The position numbers and the translations under genes were made by a program. Below, one piece after another: positions 59,266-64,000 of a stretch of 64,000 bases of DNA. Under the pieces are notes generated by a model that saw only the letters and a program-made list of their open reading frames with translations, searched no databases and was not told the origin of the DNA. The stretch's first letter is position 1, and every line of letters starts with the position of its first letter. The DNA is from an uncultured Chloroflexia bacterium (lineage in GTDB: Bacteria; Chloroflexota; Limnocylindria; Limnocylindrales; CSP1-4), in the NCBI GenBank assembly GCA_963813335.1, contig CAWEYL010000007.1:1-64000 (forward strand), read 5' to 3'.

Positions 59266-60969
59266 AAGAGCCCGACCACGTTCCCCTGGGCGTCGATGTC
59301 GATCTTCGTGCCGCCCGGTACGGACGGCAGCCCCGGCATCGTCCGCATCTCGCCGCAGATCGGCGTGACGAACCCGGCGCCGGCCGACAGCCGGAGCTCG
59401 CGGATCGGCACGGTGAACCCGGTCGGGCGGCCCTTGAGCGCGGCGTCGTGGCTCAGCGAGTACTGCGTCTTGGCCATGCAGATCGGCAGGTGGCCGTAGC
59501 CCAGGTCCTCGAACTGCTTGAGCGACTTGCGCGCCGCGGGGAGGAACTCGACGCCGGCGCCGCCGTAGATCCGCGTGACGATCGTCTCGATCTTCTCGGC
59601 CAGCGGCATCTCGTCGGGGTAGAGCAGCTTGAACCCGGCGCCGGCGTCCTCGGTCGCCGCCCAGACGGCCTCGGCCAGGTCGGTCGCGCCCGCGCCGCCG
59701 TCGACGAAGTGCGTGGCGACCACCGCGTCCCGGGCTCCGGCCGCCAGGGCGACCTCGCGGATGGCCTCGACCTCGGCGGGGGTGTCCTGCGGGAACGCGT
59801 TGATCGCGACGACCGCCGGGATCCCGTAGATGGTCACGTTCTCGATCTGCTTCGCCAGGTTCTGCGGCGCCGGCCCGGACCGCCTCGACGTTCTCCTCGA
59901 GGAGCGCCGGGTCGAGCGGCTTGCCGGCCACGATCTTGCCGACGCCGCCGTGCATCTTGAGCGCCCGGACCGTGGCGACCACGACGGCCGCCGACGGCAC
60001 CAGCCCCGACGCGCGGCACTTGATGTCGAAGAACTTCTCGGCGCCCATGTCCGCGCCGAAGCCCGCCTCGGTGCAGACGATGTCGTTGGTCACCAGCGCG
60101 ATGCGGTCGGCGATGATCGAGTTGTTGCCGTGGGCGATGTTGGCGAACGGTCCCGCGTGGACGAAGGCCGGCCCACCTTCGAGCGTCTGGAGCAGGTTGG
60201 GCTTGATGGCGTCGCGCAGGAGGACCGTCATCGAGCCGGCCACGCCCAGGTCCTCGGCGGTGACCGCCGTCCCGTCCGGGCGCGTCGCCAGCACGATCCG
60301 ACCGAGCCGCGCGCGCAGGTCGAACAGGTCGGTGGCCAGCGCCAGCACCGCCATCACCTCGGAGCCGACGGTGATGACGAACTCCGTCTCGCGCGGGACG
60401 CCGTCCTCGCGACCGCCGAGCCCGATGACCGTGTGGCGCAGGGCGCGGTCGCTGATGTCGACGACCCGCGGCCACAGGACGCCGTGCGGGTCGATGCCCA
60501 GCGGGTTCTTGTGGTGGAGGCTGTTGTCGATGAAGGCGCCGGCGAGGTTGTGGGCCGCGCCGATGGCATGGACGTCGCCGGTCAGGTGGAGGTTGAAGTC
60601 CTCCATCGGGATGACCTGGCTGTAGCCGCCGCCGGCGGCGCCGCCCTTGATGCCGAAGACCGGCCCGAGCGACGGCTGGCGGATGTTGACCGAGGCCTTG
60701 TGGCCGATCCTGTTCAGGCCCTGGGCGAGCCCGACCGTCGTCGTCGACTTGCCCTCGCCGAGCGGGGTCGGGGTGATCGCCGTCACCACCACGTACCGGC
60801 CGCGCGGGCGCTCCGCCTCCAGTCGCGTGATGGCCTCGAGCGTGATCTTGGCCTTGGTCGGACCGTAGAGCTCCAGCTCGTCGTCCCGGATGCCCAGCCC
60901 CGCGGCGATCTCGCCGATCGGGCGCGGCGTGACGGCACGGGCGATCTCCAGGTCGGACGGGAAGCTCAT
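59262..60969 (-). CDS. fhs: Formate--tetrahydrofolate ligase; apparent +1 frameshift near 59865
   Basis: [57 protein letters not shown] and RTMPGLP. Confidence 0.96.
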
Positions 60970-61895
60970 CGATCTCCTCCGGGGGTGACGGGGCGTGAGG
61001 CAGCCGAGGTCGGCGCCGCGGGCGGGCGAGCCGGCTGGCGCTCGGCGGCGCGGATCAGGTGGGTCAGCAGGATCGCGTTGGTCAGCGGCCCGACGCCGCC
61101 CGGCACGGGTGTGATGGCCGAGGCGACGGTGACCGCCGATGCGAAGTCGACGTCGCCGACGATCCGCCCCTCGACGACGTTGATCCCGACGTCGACGACG
61201 ACGGCACCAGGCTTCAGCATCGCGCCCGTGACCAGGCCGGGACGTCCGGCGGCGACGACCACGATGTCGGCGCGGGCGACGTGGCCGGCGAGGTCGCGCG
61301 TCCGCGAGTGGCAGACCGTCACCGTGGCGTCCTCCTTGACGAGCAGGAACGCCGCTGGCATCCCGACGACCGCGGAGCGGCCGATCACGACCGCGTCGCG
61401 GCCCTCGATCTCGATCCCGGACCGCCGCAGGATCTCGACCGCGGCGTGGGCGGTGGCCGGCAGGAACCCGTCGTAGCCGAGCCGGAGCAGGCCGGCATTC
61501 AGCGGGTGGATCCCGTCGATGTCCTTGGCCGGGTCGATGGCGTCGATGACGGCGCGCAGTCGGATGGTCGGCGGGAGCGGCATCTGGACGATGAGGCCGT
61601 CGACGAGGGGGTCGTCGTTGAGGCCCCGGACGGCTGCCGTCACGCGCCCCTCGGTCGCCTCGCCATCGAGCTCGACGAACCCGGCATCGATCCCGACCTT
61701 GGCGCAGCCGCGGAGGATGCGCTCGAGGTAGACCATCGACGGGGCGTCCTTGCCGACGATCAGGACGCGCAGGCCGGGCGGGCGGCCGCGGGTGTCGCGG
61801 AACCGGGCGACGTCCTCGGCCACCGCGAGCCGGATCTCGTCGGCGATCGGTCCGCCCTCGAGGAGCCGGGCCCCTCCCGGAGCTGGCGTGGTCAC
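60966..61895 (-). CDS. folD: Methylenetetrahydrofolate dehydrogenase/cyclohydrolase
   Basis: [32 protein letters not shown] and TPVPGGVGP. Confidence 0.95.
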   Translation of the reverse strand: MTTPAPGGARLLEGGPIADEIRLAVAEDVARFRDTRGRPPGLRVLIVGKDAPSMVYLERILRGCAKVGIDAGFVELDGEATEGRVTAAVRGLNDDPLVDGLIVQMPLPPTIRLRAVIDAIDPAKDIDGIHPLNAGLLRLGYDGFLPATAHAAVEILRRSGIEIEGRDAVVIGRSAVVGMPAAFLLVKEDATVTVCHSRTRDLAGHVARADIVVVAAGRPGLVTGAMLKPGAVVVDVGINVVEGRIVGDVDFASAVTVASAITPVPGGVGPLTNAILLTHLIRAAERQPARPPAAPTSAASRPVTPGGDR

Positions 61896-62566
61896 CCCTC
61901 CCGGGCCGCGATGGGGTCGCGCGGCTCGCCGCTCCCGACCGTTTCCCGGGTGGCCGCGGCCAGCCGCTCCACCTCGTGGAGGAGGGTGTCGACGCGCGCG
62001 GTCATCTCGCCCTCGAACGACGGGTCGCCGACGGACGGCAGGTTGATCAGCACGTTCGCCGCGGCGCCGCGAGCCGCCGCCTCGGCGAGGAGCGAGGCGA
62101 CCGCCAGGTCACTCGAAGCGTTGACGTTGCTTCGTCCGGCCAGCGCCTCGGACGCCCCGACCAGCTCGACACAGGCCTCGACGCAGGCGAGCGGGACCAG
62201 CGACGCCTCGCGGGCGGCCGCCTGGAGCGCGGCCGAGCGGGCAGCCTTCTCGTCGTCGGTCTCGCGGGGGAGCTTCATCGCTGCGGAGAAGCCGGCATAC
62301 GCCTGCGCGTCCTCGTCGGCGAGGGTCAGGAACCGGTCGACGAGCGCCGTCCCGGTGGCGTTGGCCCAGGCCAGGAGGTCGGCGTGCTGCTCGTACTTCG
62401 GCCGGCCCGCGGAAAGGGACGCCACCATCGCCACGAGCCCGGCCCCGAGGCTGGCGGCCACGGCCGAGGCGCTGCCGCCGCCTGGTACGGGCTCGGCCGA
62501 GGCCAGGGCCCCGACGAAGCCGTCGAGCGTCAGGTCGCGGAAGCGGCTGGATCCCGAAGTCGGCAC
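61892..62566 (-). CDS. Formiminotetrahydrofolate cyclodeaminase (FTCD_C family)
   Basis: [27 protein letters not shown] and NVLINL. Confidence 0.92.
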   Translation of the reverse strand: MPTSGSSRFRDLTLDGFVGALASAEPVPGGGSASAVAASLGAGLVAMVASLSAGRPKYEQHADLLAWANATGTALVDRFLTLADEDAQAYAGFSAAMKLPRETDDEKAARSAALQAAAREASLVPLACVEACVELVGASEALAGRSNVNASSDLAVASLLAEAAARGAAANVLINLPSVGDPSFEGEMTARVDTLLHEVERLAAATRETVGSGEPRDPIAAREG

Positions 62567-62662
62567 CGGGCGATTGTAGGTCTCGCGGCCACGCGCGGCG
62601 GGACATGGACCGAGGGGCGAGGCACCGCCATGGGGGTGCGAGGTCCGCCTCGGGCATCGGAA

Positions 62663-62695
62663 CGGGGCGGGCGCGGTACCGGCGCGCCCGCCCCG
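62663..62695. terminator. 13-bp GC hairpin downstream of the SOS-box gene
   Basis: CGGGGCGGGCGCG / CGCGCCCGCCCCG. Confidence 0.5.
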
Positions 62696-62765
62696 CGACC
62701 GACGTTGCCGCCGTGCGGGGGAGGGATCCGACGGCGGCGCGACAGAAGGCGAGTAGCGGCGGCGA

Positions 62766-63035
62766 TCAGGCCGCGCGACGCTCCCGGTCGAAGCCGGTGA
62801 CGGTCCATCGGCGCGACCGGTGGTGGAAGGTCAGGGACAGCCGGGCGCCTGGGGTCTCGACTTCGAAGAAGGTCCGCGGGCCGGTCACGACCGGATAGGC
62901 GGCCGCTTCCTCGCGGATCGCGGCCAGTCGCGTGACGGGCAACCGCTGATCACCCCAGGTGACCTCGCGGGGTCGTCCGTCGAACCAGTTCGTGCGGACG
63001 TGGACGGGGACCGGATCGACACGGGTGAAAGCCAT
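62766..63035 (-). CDS. Small DUF6504-like protein, predicted SOS-regulated
   Basis: GRP....W, RTFFEV and W.V pattern; AAAGGAG RBS; own promoter with two LexA-like boxes. Confidence 0.75.
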   Translation of the reverse strand: MAFTRVDPVPVHVRTNWFDGRPREVTWGDQRLPVTRLAAIREEAAAYPVVTGPRTFFEVETPGARLSLTFHHRSRRWTVTGFDRERRAA

Positions 63036-63091
63036 CGGGATGGCTCCTTTCGAGGGGGCGCTGGGTCGTCGTCCGGGGCACTCGTCCGACA

Positions 63092-63146
63092 GAACGTCTG
63101 TTCGATTGCTGGTCGGACACTAGACCGAACAGGTGTTCGATGTCAA
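63092..63146 (-). promoter_or_regulatory. Sigma70 promoter overlapped by two LexA (GAAC-N4-GTTC) boxes
   Basis: GAACGTCTGTTC at 63092-63103; GAACAGGTGTTC at 63127-63138; TTGACA (63146-63141), 18-nt spacer, TAGTGT (63122-63117). Confidence 0.88.
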
Positions 63147-64000
63147 GCGTCGTCGGGCGGAATGTCGTCGAGGTCCGTGACAGCTAGCGTGTCACGGCGT
63201 CCTGGCGCGTCGGCACCCTCGTCCGGGTCGGTCGGCATGCCCCTGGCCCGGCGGTCCAGCGGGTTCCGCGGGTCGCGCTCGAACGGGGCCGGCAGGCCCG
63301 CTCCGAGCAGCCGCGCCCGGGTGACGGCGTCCTCGCCGTAGCGGCGACGCACGGCATCGGCGGCCTCCACCGCCCGTCGCCGTCGCGGATCGTCGACGCT
63401 GAACAGCCCGAGCTGCTCCCGGTCCCCCAGGTTCGACGCCGTCACTCCGAGGAGCCGGACGCGGATCCCGCGGACCTCCGGCAACGTGAGCTCCAGCGCC
63501 ACGCGGTAGATGGTCTCGGTCATGTCGGTCGGGTCGGCGAGGGTCCGCTGCCTGGTGATCGTCCGGAACGACGAGTCGCGGATCTTGACCGCGACCGTGC
63601 CGGCCCGCGTCCCCGACGAGCGCAGGCGCGCGGCGACGCCGTCGGCCATCGCGAGCAGGGTGCGCTCGATGACCTCGCGGTCACTGGTGTCGACATCGAA
63701 CGTGTGCTCGTGCCCGACCGACTTCGCCGGGTCGCCGTCGTGGACCGGGTCCGGGTCGATGCCGCGCGCCCGGTCGACGAGCGATGCGCCGTGCTTCCCG
63801 AACCGGCGGACCACGAGGTCGGGGGCGAGGCCCGCCAGGTCGCCGATCGTCCGAACGCCGTACTCGGCCAGCGACGCCCCGGTCCGCTCGCCGACGCCCC
63901 ATAGTCGCGAGATGGGCAGCGGCGCCAGGAAGGCCGCCTCCTCGCCCGGCGGCACGACCACCAGCCCGTCCGGCTTGCGCAGGTCCGAGGCGATCTTGGC
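63143..64000 (-). CDS. dinB: DNA polymerase IV (Y-family), C-terminal part (5' end lies outside the window)
   Basis: AKIASDLRKPDGL, LWGVG, KSVGHEHTF..D, VKIR...F.TITR and VRLLGV. Confidence 0.95.
   Translation of the reverse strand, partial: AKIASDLRKPDGLVVVPPGEEAAFLAPLPISRLWGVGERTGASLAEYGVRTIGDLAGLAPDLVVRRFGKHGASLVDRARGIDPDPVHDGDPAKSVGHEHTFDVDTSDREVIERTLLAMADGVAARLRSSGTRAGTVAVKIRDSSFRTITRQRTLADPTDMTETIYRVALELTLPEVRGIRVRLLGVTASNLGDREQLGLFSVDDPRRRRAVEAADAVRRRYGEDAVTRARLLGAGLPAPFERDPRNPLDRRARGMPTDPDEGADAPGRRDTLAVTDLDDIPPDDA

Noticed and set aside
62585-62760. Several GC hairpins upstream of the cyclodeaminase-folD-fhs operon as a THF or ZTP riboswitch
   Set aside because: They lie upstream of the TACAAT -10 element, which sits 6 nt from the start codon, so they are outside the predicted mRNA; no aptamer consensus recognised

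Overview
Very GC-rich bacterial chromosome segment made almost entirely of core and accessory metabolic genes. Gram-positive-type SOS boxes, a PASTA kinase, many lipoproteins and pervasive leaderless genes suggest a monoderm soil bacterium, probably Chloroflexota (inference only). Main content: the end of araBDA; ArsR-SRPBCC; an ECF42-type sigma with a YciI/DGPF gene; a Prim-Pol/LigC repair pair; rplY; an OmpR/kinase/HtrA module; folC-folP-folB; a PknB-like kinase; galU; tRNA-Glu(TTC); a GH13 amylase; tdh-kbl; argS; a folate-coupled histidine utilisation set (hutH, hutU, hutI, formiminotransferase, cyclodeaminase, folD, fhs); and dinB followed by a small gene with two LexA boxes. I found no CRISPR array, transposase or prophage. 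Nine genes are broken, mostly by single-base insertions that look like long-read consensus errors. The most novel-looking signals are non-coding or unannotated. These are a candidate anti-Shine-Dalgarno small RNA (about 48187-48262), a CCUCCUCCC-loop hairpin after araA, a switch-like leader in front of an HTH-sensor/membrane-protein operon, a structured intergenic region in front of a repeat protein with an LPPTD sorting-like tail, a cyclase-like DUF2652-SRPBCC fusion, and several Cys-rich, His-rich or NPF-repeat proteins of unknown function. All family assignments come from motif recognition by eye, not from database searches.
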